From an uncultured Chloroflexia bacterium (GTDB lineage: Bacteria; Chloroflexota; Chloroflexia; DTKN01), in assembly GCA_964613665.1 (NCBI GenBank), contig CAZTIG010000003.1:78565-142564 (forward strand): a DNA stretch of 64,000 nucleotides, given 5' to 3'. The position numbers and the translations under genes were made by a program. Below, piece by piece: positions 24,971 through 34,572 of this stretch. The notes under the pieces were generated by a model. It saw only the letters and a program-made list of their open reading frames with translations. It searched no databases and was not told the origin of the DNA. How positions within the stretch are numbered: position 1 is the stretch's first letter; the number at the start of each line of letters is the position of its first letter.

Positions 24971-27100
24971 ATGGAGACAGAATACACGCTCCGCCAGGCG
25001 CGTTTGCCGGCCCGGTCAATCGAGATCATGATCACGGTCCTGGGCCTCATGGGTGCTGTGTTCGGGCTTCTCTTCTACGAGCGGGCCTTCCCGTTGGCCG
25101 CGTTGGACATCGACCTCACGCGCGCCGAGATCAGCCAGCGGGCTTGGCAGTACATGCAAGCCCAGGGCTACGGGCTCGAGGACTACCAGTTCGCCCAGAC
25201 ATTCGGGTACGACTGGTGGGCACTGAACTATGTACAGAGCGTATTGGGGGTTTCGGCAGCGAACCAACGGGTCCGCGAAGATGCCCTGCCTCTCTGGTAT
25301 TGGCATGCCCGCTGGTTCCGCCCTTCCCAGGAGGAGGAGTTCTCCCTCTATCTGGCCCCCGATGGCGAAGTGGTGGCCCTTTTCCATAACCTGGCCGAGG
25401 ATACGCCAGGGGCAAGCCTATCCCAGGAGGAAGCCCGGGCCCTGGCCGAGACCTATCTGACCCAGGACCGTGGATGGAATCTCGCCGATTGGGAGTTGAG
25501 CTCGAGCTCGAGCCAGGAGCAGCCCCGTGGGCGAGTCGACCACGGCTTCGAGTGGAAGCGGCGGGGCTTCACCCTGGGGGAAAGCGAACTGCGCCTGCGC
25601 GTCGGTGTGCAAGGGGACCGGGTGAGCGCCTACGACTACTGGTTGAAGATACCCGACTCGTTCTGGCGGGGCTTTGTGGGCGAACACGACCTGGGGTTCT
25701 TCCTTGATGATCTCTGCTACTGGATCGGTTTTGCCGGCTTGGGCGTCGCAGTCGTCGTCGCCTACATATGTGCCATTCGGCGAGGCGCCCTTTCCTGGCG
25801 GGCGGGCCTGTGGCCGGCCGTGGTGGTGGGCGGGGTTGCCCTGCTGGTCAGCGCGAACAACCTGTCGCTGGCACAGGCGTGGTATTGTACGTCGGGCAAC
25901 TACACCCTGTTCTGGCTGGAACAGATTCTCTACATGCTGCTCGACGCTGCGACTCTTGCCATCACCATCGCCGTCTTGTGGACAGGCGCCAGATACCTGG
26001 GAAAACTGGTCTGGCCGCGCCAGGACAAGATCCTGCCGCGCGGCGGCGATCCATGGAGTATGCTGGCCCGCTCCACATGGCGTGGACTGATGCTTAGCGG
26101 CGTTATGTCGGCCTATACGGTCCTCTTCTACATAGTGGCGCAGGCGCTGGGAGCGCGGGTCCCGCTGTCTGTCGGGTACGGCAATCTGCTCTCGACGCCA
26201 TTCCCTTTCCTCGGACCCATAGCGGATGGCCTGTTCCCGGCGATAACCGAGGAGTTCCTCTTTCGCCTGGCAGGCATTGCGCTCATCCTGTGGTGGACCC
26301 GCAGGTCAAGACTGCCGCAGGGTGTTCGCTACGCGTTGGCCCTCTTGGTTCCCGGCTTGTTGTGGGCGTGTGCTCACCTGAGCTACGTACGGGAACCCTA
26401 CTACCTGAGGGGAATCGAGCTGCTGATCTCGGCCGTATTCCTGGAAGGATTGGCCTTCCTCTACTTTGACCTGACTACGGTGTTCGTCGCCCACTTCGCC
26501 TTTAACGCCCTGGGGTCGACCTGGCTGTTGCTCCGCTCTGGCGAGCCGTATCCCACCTTCTCTGGGCTGCTTGCCGTTGCCATCCTGCTCGCTCCAATCA
26601 TGCCCGGGCTAGTACGGGCGCTGCGGCGACGGCTCCGTGGCGAGCAGCAGGAACCGCCTCCGGTGCGGATTAGAGAGGCGGGGGAGGGCGATCTGGCCGG
26701 CCTGGCAGCTCTGCCCCTGGATATTCCCGATTGGGCCGGCCTGATATCCGATCCCGCCGTAGTGGTGCTGATGCTGCGGGTGGGGGAGCAGCTTGCCGGC
26801 GCGGCGATCGGCCGAATACGCGCAGATGGCTGTGGCCAAGTTGAGGTGGTGTATGTGGCATCTCGCTGGCGCCGGCGCTACTGGGGCAGCGCGTTGGCCG
26901 AGCAGCTGCAGGCCCGTCTGCAGAGACTCGGTGCCCAGGAGATCGGAGCGTCGGTGGAGAAAGGTGACCGCGTGTCCACGGCCTTCTGGGCCAACCTGGG
27001 ATGGGAGCTGGCGCGGCAGGTCTTTGCGTCGCGTGCGAGGGCAAGAGCCAGTACGGGGCAACGCGACGGCCCAGCGCCAGCCACATTGAGGGCCAGGTAG
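24971..27100 (+). CDS. Polytopic membrane protein with a CPBP (CAAX-protease family) intramembrane metalloprotease domain and a C-terminal GNAT acetyltransferase domain
   Basis: CPBP motifs EEFLFR, HLSYV, FAHFAFN. C-terminal GNAT-like RADGCGQVEVVYVASRWRRRYWGSALAEQL. GGAGGTGG RBS. Confidence 0.65.
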   Translation: METEYTLRQARLPARSIEIMITVLGLMGAVFGLLFYERAFPLAALDIDLTRAEISQRAWQYMQAQGYGLEDYQFAQTFGYDWWALNYVQSVLGVSAANQRVREDALPLWYWHARWFRPSQEEEFSLYLAPDGEVVALFHNLAEDTPGASLSQEEARALAETYLTQDRGWNLADWELSSSSSQEQPRGRVDHGFEWKRRGFTLGESELRLRVGVQGDRVSAYDYWLKIPDSFWRGFVGEHDLGFFLDDLCYWIGFAGLGVAVVVAYICAIRRGALSWRAGLWPAVVVGGVALLVSANNLSLAQAWYCTSGNYTLFWLEQILYMLLDAATLAITIAVLWTGARYLGKLVWPRQDKILPRGGDPWSMLARSTWRGLMLSGVMSAYTVLFYIVAQALGARVPLSVGYGNLLSTPFPFLGPIADGLFPAITEEFLFRLAGIALILWWTRRSRLPQGVRYALALLVPGLLWACAHLSYVREPYYLRGIELLISAVFLEGLAFLYFDLTTVFVAHFAFNALGSTWLLLRSGEPYPTFSGLLAVAILLAPIMPGLVRALRRRLRGEQQEPPPVRIREAGEGDLAGLAALPLDIPDWAGLISDPAVVVLMLRVGEQLAGAAIGRIRADGCGQVEVVYVASRWRRRYWGSALAEQLQARLQRLGAQEIGASVEKGDRVSTAFWANLGWELARQVFASRARARASTGQRDGPAPATLRAR

Positions 27101-27552
27101 TCCGCAGGACATCGGCCCGCTGGCGTGCCACCTCTGCCAGCAGTGCCCGGCAGCCAGAAACAAGGAGGGCACCGCTGGCGTGGCCGGCGCACGCGCACCA
27201 AACCGCCGCTCCGCGGGGCTGGTCCGTGCGTAGCGTCTTCGCATCATCGGCAGTTACTTGTGCCGCCCGTCGATGTTCGTAGTTTCCTCGGCTGGCATGG
27301 TCGCCTCCGGTGACTGCTCTCCGTTGATGGAACGGACCAGGCACGTGAGGCAGCCTTGGGCCTCCTCTTCGCTCTCCTGAAGGGACGCGGGTGAGATCAC
27401 CCCTGGATACCGCCGCGGATGGACCCAGCCCCGGAGGTAGCATGAGTCCATCCTGAATGGATCACGACTACATATGCAGGGATGCTTTGCGTCTTTGTCA
27501 CACATGTGCTATCATAGGATCAGTCTGCATGCACACCGTGAAAGGAGTCCGG

Positions 27553-29277
27553 ATGGATCCAACGGGGCAGACGCTAGGGAAGTACCGACTGCTGGAGCAG
27601 CTGGGCCGCGGCGGCTTCGCCACGGTCCACCGCGCCCTGGACACCTCCCTGGACCGCGAGGTCGCCTTGAAGATCCTCGACCCGCTCCTCATGCGCGACC
27701 AGGCCTGGACCAACCGCTTCCGCCGCGAGGCCCGCGCCGTGGCCCGCCTCAGCCATCCCTACATCGTCACCATCTTCGAGGTCGGCGAGGCCGAGGGCCG
27801 CCTCTTCCTGGCCATGCAGCTCATCCCTGGCGGCAGCCTGGAGGACCGCATCGCCCAGCACGGCGCCCTGCCCTGGAAGGAGATCCCCCCCATCTTCGCC
27901 CAGGTCAGTGATGCCCTGGACTATGCCCACGGCCAGGGCGTGCTGCACCGCGACCTCAAACCCTCCAACATCCTCCTGGGTGAGCGCGGGGCCATGCTCA
28001 GCGACTTTGGCTTTGCCCGCCTGGTGGGCGAGAGCAGCGTCAGCGTCTCCTTGAGCGGCGGCGTCGTCGGTACGCCGAACTACATTGCCCCGGAGGTCTG
28101 GGAGAACAGGCCTGCCGGGCCGTACACGGACATCTACGCCCTGGGGTGCGTGCTCTACGAGATAGTCGCTGGCAAGCAGCTTTTCACGGGCGACAGTGTG
28201 GCCGCGGTGATGCGCGCCCACTTCAGGCCACTGCAGCTTCCCACGGAATGGCCTGCCGGCGTTCCGGTCCGCCTGGCGGAGGTGCTGCAGGCGGCCCTGG
28301 CCAAAGAGCCGGGAGATCGCTACGCCCACGCCGCGGAGATGTTGGCCGAACTGACTGCCCTCGCCGAGGAGAGCCTGGCGGTGCCGTACCACGCCCTGGA
28401 GCAGGCCCTGGCAGCGCAGCGCTGGGATGAAGCGCTGGCCCTGGCCGGGCAGGTCCGCGCCGAGTCGCCGTCCTACCGCAACGTGGTAGCGCTGGAGAGA
28501 GCCGCGCTGGCCGGCCGCGAGGCCGCGGCGCGCACCGCCCAGGCCCAGGTATGGCGCAAAGAGGCCAAAGCCGCCCTGGCCGAGCGCGACCGGGAGGGCG
28601 CCGAGCTGGCCGGCCGCAAGTGGCTGGAGCTGGCCCCGCAGGACCCGGCGGCACAGGAGTTCCTCGCGCGGGTGCGGGCAGCACCGACTACTCCACCGGC
28701 ACCGGCCCGTGGCATACCGACGACGGCAGCGCCACCAGCCACGCACGTCCGCTGTCCCTACTGCGGGGCCATCAACCAGCCCTCTGCCCTGTTCTGCTGC
28801 GGGTGTGGCAGGGCCCTGGCCGACACAGCGGCGGCACTGGCACAGGCCGCACCCCCAACACGCGTGCCCGGCTATTGTCCCAGTTGTGGTGCTTCGAACA
28901 AGGCCACGGCGCGCTTCTGCAGCCGCTGTGGTCGGGTCTTGGCCGCTTCCGCATCCCGTCCGCCCACTGCAAGCGCCGGGGTTGGCGGACTGACCAAGCG
29001 ACCGATCCTCTGGCCCTGTGTCGTCCTCGCGATGACGGGCAGTCTCTTCGGCATAGTCGCGGCGGTCGGACTGCTGTCGTGGCGGAACTGGGGCCGCGTG
29101 ATGACGATGGTCATCTTCTTGGTATTCGGCGTGCTACTCCTCCTTGCGAGTATAGCAGCTTTAGCTGAGGGAGAGCAGCTGGTTACAGCGCTGGTCGCCA
29201 TGATCGGTGGGGCCGTCTACTTGGGCGCCTACTTCTACCTGTCCTCCGCCCGCGTGCGGGCCTGGTTTCGCAAGTAG
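27553..29277 (+). CDS. Ser/Thr protein kinase with two zinc ribbons and a C-terminal TM helix
   Basis: GRGGFATVHRA, HRDLKPSNILL, DFGFA. RCPYCGAINQPSALFCCGCG and YCPSCGASNKATARFCSRCG. C-terminal hydrophobic segment. AAAGGAG RBS. Confidence 0.85.
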   Translation: MDPTGQTLGKYRLLEQLGRGGFATVHRALDTSLDREVALKILDPLLMRDQAWTNRFRREARAVARLSHPYIVTIFEVGEAEGRLFLAMQLIPGGSLEDRIAQHGALPWKEIPPIFAQVSDALDYAHGQGVLHRDLKPSNILLGERGAMLSDFGFARLVGESSVSVSLSGGVVGTPNYIAPEVWENRPAGPYTDIYALGCVLYEIVAGKQLFTGDSVAAVMRAHFRPLQLPTEWPAGVPVRLAEVLQAALAKEPGDRYAHAAEMLAELTALAEESLAVPYHALEQALAAQRWDEALALAGQVRAESPSYRNVVALERAALAGREAAARTAQAQVWRKEAKAALAERDREGAELAGRKWLELAPQDPAAQEFLARVRAAPTTPPAPARGIPTTAAPPATHVRCPYCGAINQPSALFCCGCGRALADTAAALAQAAPPTRVPGYCPSCGASNKATARFCSRCGRVLAASASRPPTASAGVGGLTKRPILWPCVVLAMTGSLFGIVAAVGLLSWRNWGRVMTMVIFLVFGVLLLLASIAALAEGEQLVTALVAMIGGAVYLGAYFYLSSARVRAWFRK

Positions 29278-29297
29278 GGACCGATGACGGTGCAGCG

Positions 29298-30911
29298 ATG
29301 ACCGAGCCACCGCAGCAGTTGGGCAAGTACCAGATCCTCTCCGAGCTCGGCCGCGGCGGCTTTGCCACCGTCTTCCGGGCCATCGACAACACCCTCGACC
29401 GTGAGGTCGCCCTGAAGGTCCTCGACCCGCTGCTGCTGCGCGACCCGGCCTGGACCAGCCGCTTCCGCCGCGAGGCCCGCGCCGTCGCCCGCCTCAGCCA
29501 TCCGCACATCGTCACCATCTTCGAGGTCGGTGAAGCCGAGGGCCGCCTCTTCCTGGCCATGCAGCTGGTGGAGGGCGGCGGACTGGACAGCCTCCTCCAG
29601 CGCCGCGGGGTACTGCCATGGGCAGAGGTACAGCAGCACCTCTCCCAGATCGCGGACGCCCTGGACTATGCCCACAAGCAAGGCGTGCTGCACCGCGACC
29701 TGAAGCCCTCCAACATCCTCCTGGGCGAGCGCGGGGCCATGCTCAGCGACTTTGGCTTTGCCCGCCTGGTCGGCGAGAGCAGCGTCAGTGTCTCCTCGAG
29801 CGGGGGGGTCGTCGGCACCCCCAACTACATCGCCCCGGAGGTCTGGGAAGGGCAGCCCGCCGTGCCCCAGACTGACCTCTATGCCCTCGGCTGCATCCTC
29901 TACGAGATGGTCACCGGCCAGCAGCTCTTCCAGGGCGACAGCGTCGCCGCCGTGATGCGCGCCCACTTCAAGCCCCTTCAACTCCCCCAGACGTGGCCAG
30001 AGGGCGTGCCCCCCGGCCTCGCCGACGTGCTGCGCGCGGCTCTCACCCAGGATCCACGCAGCCGCGCCACCTGCGCTGAGGACATTGCCGGAGCGCTGTC
30101 GGATCTCCCGCCGGTCGCCACGGCTCCCCAGACGGCCGCGCCGGTGCGCTGCGCTGCCTGCCACACCTTGAACAATCCCGGGGCGGCCTTCTGCGAAAAG
30201 TGCGGCCGGCCGCTGCGCGCCCCGCACACCCCAACACCGATGCCCACCCCGATCCCGCAGGCCGAGGCGGACGCCACCAGGGGAGGGCCACCTGCCCCCC
30301 AGCAGGGTCCCGCCCCGCAGGCGCTCGTGGTCTACTGCCCCAAGTGCAGCAAAGCCAACGAGGCCACGGCCAGGTTCTGCGAGAAGTGCGGCCACCCGCT
30401 GGCCGCGATCACCCCGACGCCGTTACGCGGGCAGGCAGTATCGGCGACTCCAACCAGCACGCGCACGTCCTCGCCGGCCTCCGCACCCACCCCGCAGCCC
30501 TCATCCCGGCCAACAAGCCCGCCAGCGACAGCGCCTGCCACAGCGGCGGAGCGACGGCGCCGTGCCCTGGCTGCACGGATCGCCGACGTCCGCCGGTTGG
30601 AGCAGCTGGAGGTGTGGGATCGGGCCGCCCAGGTCTATGGGGAGATGGCTGCCGCGGACGAGAAGGAACGAGCCAGCTGGTCCGCCGAGCAGGCTCGCTG
30701 CCAGGAGGAAGCCGAGTTGGCTGCCCTGTTCGACAGAGGCGCCGCAGCCGTGCGTGCAAGGCAGTGGGTGGAGGCCAACCGATTGCTCAGTGAGTTGGTG
30801 CGGCGGCGGCCGCGTTACGCGCGGCACGGCCAACTCGTCTCCGAGCTGATGACCCGTGTCGCCGTGGCCATCCACCGCGGACAAGGAGGCAAGTTGCCGT
30901 ACAGAGGCTGA
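29298..30911 (+). CDS. Ser/Thr protein kinase with zinc ribbons and a C-terminal coiled-coil (paralog of 27553..29277)
   Basis: Kinase catalytic domain nearly identical to the upstream paralog. CAACHTLNNPGAAFCEKCG and YCPKCSKANEATARFCEKCG ribbons. Confidence 0.85.
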   Translation: MTEPPQQLGKYQILSELGRGGFATVFRAIDNTLDREVALKVLDPLLLRDPAWTSRFRREARAVARLSHPHIVTIFEVGEAEGRLFLAMQLVEGGGLDSLLQRRGVLPWAEVQQHLSQIADALDYAHKQGVLHRDLKPSNILLGERGAMLSDFGFARLVGESSVSVSSSGGVVGTPNYIAPEVWEGQPAVPQTDLYALGCILYEMVTGQQLFQGDSVAAVMRAHFKPLQLPQTWPEGVPPGLADVLRAALTQDPRSRATCAEDIAGALSDLPPVATAPQTAAPVRCAACHTLNNPGAAFCEKCGRPLRAPHTPTPMPTPIPQAEADATRGGPPAPQQGPAPQALVVYCPKCSKANEATARFCEKCGHPLAAITPTPLRGQAVSATPTSTRTSSPASAPTPQPSSRPTSPPATAPATAAERRRRALAARIADVRRLEQLEVWDRAAQVYGEMAAADEKERASWSAEQARCQEEAELAALFDRGAAAVRARQWVEANRLLSELVRRRPRYARHGQLVSELMTRVAVAIHRGQGGKLPYRG

Positions 30912-30933
30912 GTCCGTGCCCTCTGTTCGCCAA

Positions 30934-30963
30934 TTGCTTTTCTCCCCGCACTTGTGGTATGAT
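30934..30963 (+). promoter_or_regulatory. sigma70-type promoter with extended -10 (TTGCTT ...18 bp... TGgTATGAT) upstream of the SPFH gene
   Basis: ttgctt 30934-30939, tatgat 30958-30963, TG at 30955-30956. Confidence 0.45.
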
Positions 30964-31013
30964 AGCAGCGGAGGCTTTTCGATTGAGCTCAGAGCCAGGA
31001 AGGAGGCTACCCA

Positions 31014-32987
31014 ATGGGTCTGTTCAGCCCCAGACAGAGCAAATGCCAGTTCTGCGGCGGCATCCTCCCCGCAGAGAACGCCAACTTTTGCCCACACTGC
31101 GGCAAGCCACAGGGCAGGGGAAGGGTGACCTGCCCACACTGCCACGCGGTAGTGCCGGCCGACAGCAGCTTCTGCCCGGCGTGCGGCAAGCAGCTGCGCA
31201 GCGACGTCCCCCCGACGATGCAGGGCAATGTCTGGCGCAAGTCGCCGGACGACTTTGCCGCCCGCGTCGAGGTCGGTGACGTCCCCGGCTACTTCCGCAA
31301 GGAGCTCGTCGTCGATGCCGGCAACCGCGCCCTGATCATGGTCAACGGCCGGCACGAGGGCGAGCTGGGCCCGGGCCGCTACACCATGGACGACATCTTC
31401 CACCGCATCCTGGCGCTGGGCAAGGCCCGCGTCGCCACAGCCATCGTCGTCGACGCCGGCGACGTGTCCATGGACTTTACCATCCCTGGCGTATCGACCT
31501 CCGACCCGGTCAAGATCGCCGTGGACTGCCGGCTGCGGCTGCAGTTGCAGGACCCCGTCCGCTTCCTGACCAACTGGATGAAGGGCCAGCGCACCGTCGC
31601 CGTGGCCCAGCTGCGCCAGGACCTCTTCGACGAGGTCAAGAATGCGTTAGCCGACGTGCTGCGCGGCTACCCGGTCCGCGACCTGCACACCAACCTGGCC
31701 CTCAAGGAGAGCATTGCCACCGCCGTCGAGGCCCACCTGAACGAGACTTTCAAGCAGATGGGGCTGCACTTTGCCGGTGTGCGTGCCTTTAACTTCCGCC
31801 AGGAGCGCTGGGACGCTGTCCAGCAGAAGCGCGAGGACCTCTACCTGCAGGTCTCGGCCGAGGAAGCCGAGGTGGAGGGCAAGCGCCGCCTGCTCGACGT
31901 CATCAGCGAGAAGGACCTTGTCGAGCTGGCCGACGAGACCCGCCAGGTGGATACGTACGAGAAGCGTGCCCAAATATGGGCGCGCATGCGCCAGGCGGCC
32001 GCCTCCGACAAGATGAGCCAGGCCATGTCTGAGGAGGAGTTCGAGGCCTTCCTGACCGGCCTGGACCGCGGCCGGCTGTTGCGCGATGAGGAGATGGACA
32101 CGCTGCGGCGGGAGGTGGGGGCGCGCAAGGACGACTGGGAGCGCGCCCGCCACTACCTGCTGACCAAGGCCGGGCTGGAGCAGGAGCGCGAGCTGCGCAT
32201 GTATGAGCTGGCCACCCGGCGCGATCTGGAAGTCGGCGGCCTGGAACTTCAGCAGGAGATTGAACGGCGCAAGGTGGACGAGCAGCTAGCTGCTGACGAG
32301 AAGCGCTTCACTGCCGGGCTGGAGCGCCAGCGGCGAGCGCAGCAGCTCGAGCAGGAATCGCTCAGCGGCGACCTGACCATCGCCATGCAGGCCATGCGCG
32401 AGCTGAAACAGGTCAAGGCTGACGAGGCCCGCGCCGCCCAGGAGTTGGTCCTGGAGGGCGAGGCCCGGCGGCACGAACTGGAAATGCAGCGCCTGCAGCA
32501 GCTCAGCCAGGCCTCCATGGAGGCACTCATCGCCACCAGCGGGCCGGAGCAGGCCCGCGTCCTGGCCGACCTCAGACGCACCGACATGCTCAAAGGCCTG
32601 AGCGAGGAGCAGATCCTGGCCCTGGCGGCGGAGAGGTCGCCGGAGGTGGCCCGCGCCCTGCAGGAAAAGTTCCGCGGCCTGCCCGCCGAGGAGCAAAAGG
32701 CCATGTACGAGCGGCTGGTCCAGGCCGAGAAGGGCTCGCGCGAGGAGCAGGCCCAGCTCACGCGCGACACGATGGCGACCATGGAGCGCCTCTTTGGCCG
32801 GGCCGCCGACGCCATCGCCCAGCGCCCCGCCGGCCCGCCAACAGTGGTCATGGGCGGGGCTGGTCCCACGCCCATGGTCGTGGGCTCGCAGGCCCAGGGC
32901 GAGGTCTGGGTATGCCGGCGCTGCCACGCCAGCTCCCCTGTGGGAACCAAGTTCTGCCCCAACTGCGGCGAGCCGTTCTTTTCCTAG
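31014..32987 (+). CDS. Zinc-ribbon + SPFH/band-7 (flotillin-like) domain protein with a long coiled-coil and a C-terminal zinc ribbon
   Basis: N-terminal CQFCGG...FCPHCGK...CPHCHAV...FCPACGK. SPFH-like core (LVVDAGNRALIMVNGRHEGELGPGRY...IAVDCRLRLQLQDPVRFLTNW). ~300-aa EEA/Q-rich coiled-coil. C-terminal CRRCHASSPVGTKFCPNCG. Confidence 0.65.
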   Translation: MGLFSPRQSKCQFCGGILPAENANFCPHCGKPQGRGRVTCPHCHAVVPADSSFCPACGKQLRSDVPPTMQGNVWRKSPDDFAARVEVGDVPGYFRKELVVDAGNRALIMVNGRHEGELGPGRYTMDDIFHRILALGKARVATAIVVDAGDVSMDFTIPGVSTSDPVKIAVDCRLRLQLQDPVRFLTNWMKGQRTVAVAQLRQDLFDEVKNALADVLRGYPVRDLHTNLALKESIATAVEAHLNETFKQMGLHFAGVRAFNFRQERWDAVQQKREDLYLQVSAEEAEVEGKRRLLDVISEKDLVELADETRQVDTYEKRAQIWARMRQAAASDKMSQAMSEEEFEAFLTGLDRGRLLRDEEMDTLRREVGARKDDWERARHYLLTKAGLEQERELRMYELATRRDLEVGGLELQQEIERRKVDEQLAADEKRFTAGLERQRRAQQLEQESLSGDLTIAMQAMRELKQVKADEARAAQELVLEGEARRHELEMQRLQQLSQASMEALIATSGPEQARVLADLRRTDMLKGLSEEQILALAAERSPEVARALQEKFRGLPAEEQKAMYERLVQAEKGSREEQAQLTRDTMATMERLFGRAADAIAQRPAGPPTVVMGGAGPTPMVVGSQAQGEVWVCRRCHASSPVGTKFCPNCGEPFFS

Positions 32988-33011
32988 CGCGCGCTGGACA
33001 GGAGGCCCGCG

Positions 33012-34556
33012 ATGACTGCTGTTGAGCCGTCCCTCGCCCCACCGACTGCCGGGGCCGGCCTGTTGCGCCGGGTCTATGTGGAGCAGCTCCCCGGCCTGTG
33101 GGGGCGGCGATTGGAGGTACCGCTGGGCCAGCAGGCCGTGGGCTGGAAGCCCAGTCAGGTGACTCTGTTGCGCGGCGGCCAGCGCTATCGTCTGGGCGGC
33201 CCAGGGGGCCTGCCGCGGCCCGAGCAGGTCCTCTTTTTCCCGCTTGGCCCCCTCATCCTGCACCCGCACGTGGATGGGCTGCTCGCCCGGGATGGCACGG
33301 CCCTGCAGGCCAGCTTCCTGCTCACCCTGCGCGTCGCCGATGCCCGCCGCCTGGCCCCGGTCCTGGGGCCAGTCGCGGAACTGCCCGAGGTGGCCGTGGA
33401 GAGCCGCGCCCGGCAGGCCGCTCTCCCCTTCCTCCAGGCCCGCGCCCGCGAGCACGCCTCCGCCGACCTGTGCGGCGATGGCGCGCTCAGCAGCGCCATC
33501 GCCAGCGACCTGCGCGGCCTGCTGGCTGCCGCCCTGGAGCCACTTGGGCTGGAGCTGCAGGGCGTCCGTTTCCTCTGCTTCATCCACCTGGAGGATGCCC
33601 TGCGCCTGGCGCAGGCCCGCCAGGAGGCCCTGAGGCAAGCCCGTGGCGCGGTGGACGACGAGGATCCAGCCGGCGCCGTGAAGGAGGCCCTGGCGCAGAT
33701 CGAGTCACGCTACCAACTCTCCCCGGGCGAGAAGGAGGCCCTGGCTCAGGAGGCTGTGGCCGAGGCGGCGGGGCGCGGGCCGCTCCGCCCCAGCGAAGCC
33801 CGGGCAGCCGCGCTGATCGATGTCCGCCTGCGCGAGCTGGACTATCGCGAGGAGGCTCCGCCCAAGGAACCGAACGGCCTGCGCGCGCTGGTGATCATCC
33901 TGCGCGTCCTGGGCTACAGCGCCCTGGCGGCCATCGCCGCGCTGGGCATCTTTCGCCGCGACCTGCTGCCGGACGAGGTGACGGTCGAGCGCATCTCCTA
34001 CCTGGTGAGCTTCCTGCTGGCCATCACCGCGCTGATCTCCTCGGTCTGGCTGGACCGCAAGCTGCAGGTGCGGCGCGCGGAGGCGCGCGTGGAGCGCCAG
34101 AAAGCCGGCCTCAGTGCCGAGCGCCGCCAGGCCGCCGAGCGGCTGATGCGGGCGCAGATGGCCGGAGCCCTGGAAGAGACCCGCCGACACCTGGACGAGG
34201 CCTGGAACCGGGCCTACCGGGCCGGCCAGCAGGAGCTGGCCACCCGCGTGCGGCTCCTGGCCAAGCAGGTCCCCGACCTGCAGGCGGAGCTGGACGGGAC
34301 GGCGACCGGCCCGGCGCCGCTGCTGGTTCGGCCGGACCCGGCAGTACCACTCCTGGAGGCGTGGGTCCACGGGGACAAGGGACTGCTGCTGCAGCTGCAG
34401 GAGCGAGCCGGCCTGGTCCAGCAGCTCTTTTCCGCCGTCGTGGACGGGCGCTGGGCCGAGGTCGAGGAAAAGGCCCGCCTCGTGGAAAAGGCCTTCCAGG
34501 AGACGCGCGCCGGGCTGGTCCAGCGGGAGACCCTGCTGCAGCGGGCGGGAGGGTAG
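33012..34556 (+). CDS. Hypothetical coiled-coil membrane protein (two central TM helices)
   Basis: 514 aa with GC3-rich codon usage. Hydrophobic segments ALVIILRVLGYSALAAIAALGIF and ISYLVSFLLAITALISSVWL. No recognisable catalytic domain. Confidence 0.55.
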   Translation: MTAVEPSLAPPTAGAGLLRRVYVEQLPGLWGRRLEVPLGQQAVGWKPSQVTLLRGGQRYRLGGPGGLPRPEQVLFFPLGPLILHPHVDGLLARDGTALQASFLLTLRVADARRLAPVLGPVAELPEVAVESRARQAALPFLQARAREHASADLCGDGALSSAIASDLRGLLAAALEPLGLELQGVRFLCFIHLEDALRLAQARQEALRQARGAVDDEDPAGAVKEALAQIESRYQLSPGEKEALAQEAVAEAAGRGPLRPSEARAAALIDVRLRELDYREEAPPKEPNGLRALVIILRVLGYSALAAIAALGIFRRDLLPDEVTVERISYLVSFLLAITALISSVWLDRKLQVRRAEARVERQKAGLSAERRQAAERLMRAQMAGALEETRRHLDEAWNRAYRAGQQELATRVRLLAKQVPDLQAELDGTATGPAPLLVRPDPAVPLLEAWVHGDKGLLLQLQERAGLVQQLFSAVVDGRWAEVEEKARLVEKAFQETRAGLVQRETLLQRAGG

Positions 34557-34572
34557 GCGATGGAGGTCCATC

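Noticed and set aside
27254-27505. 83-aa Cys-containing minus ORF in the AT-richer region
   Set aside because: There is no RBS, atypical codon usage and no conservation signal. It sits in a probable promoter region.
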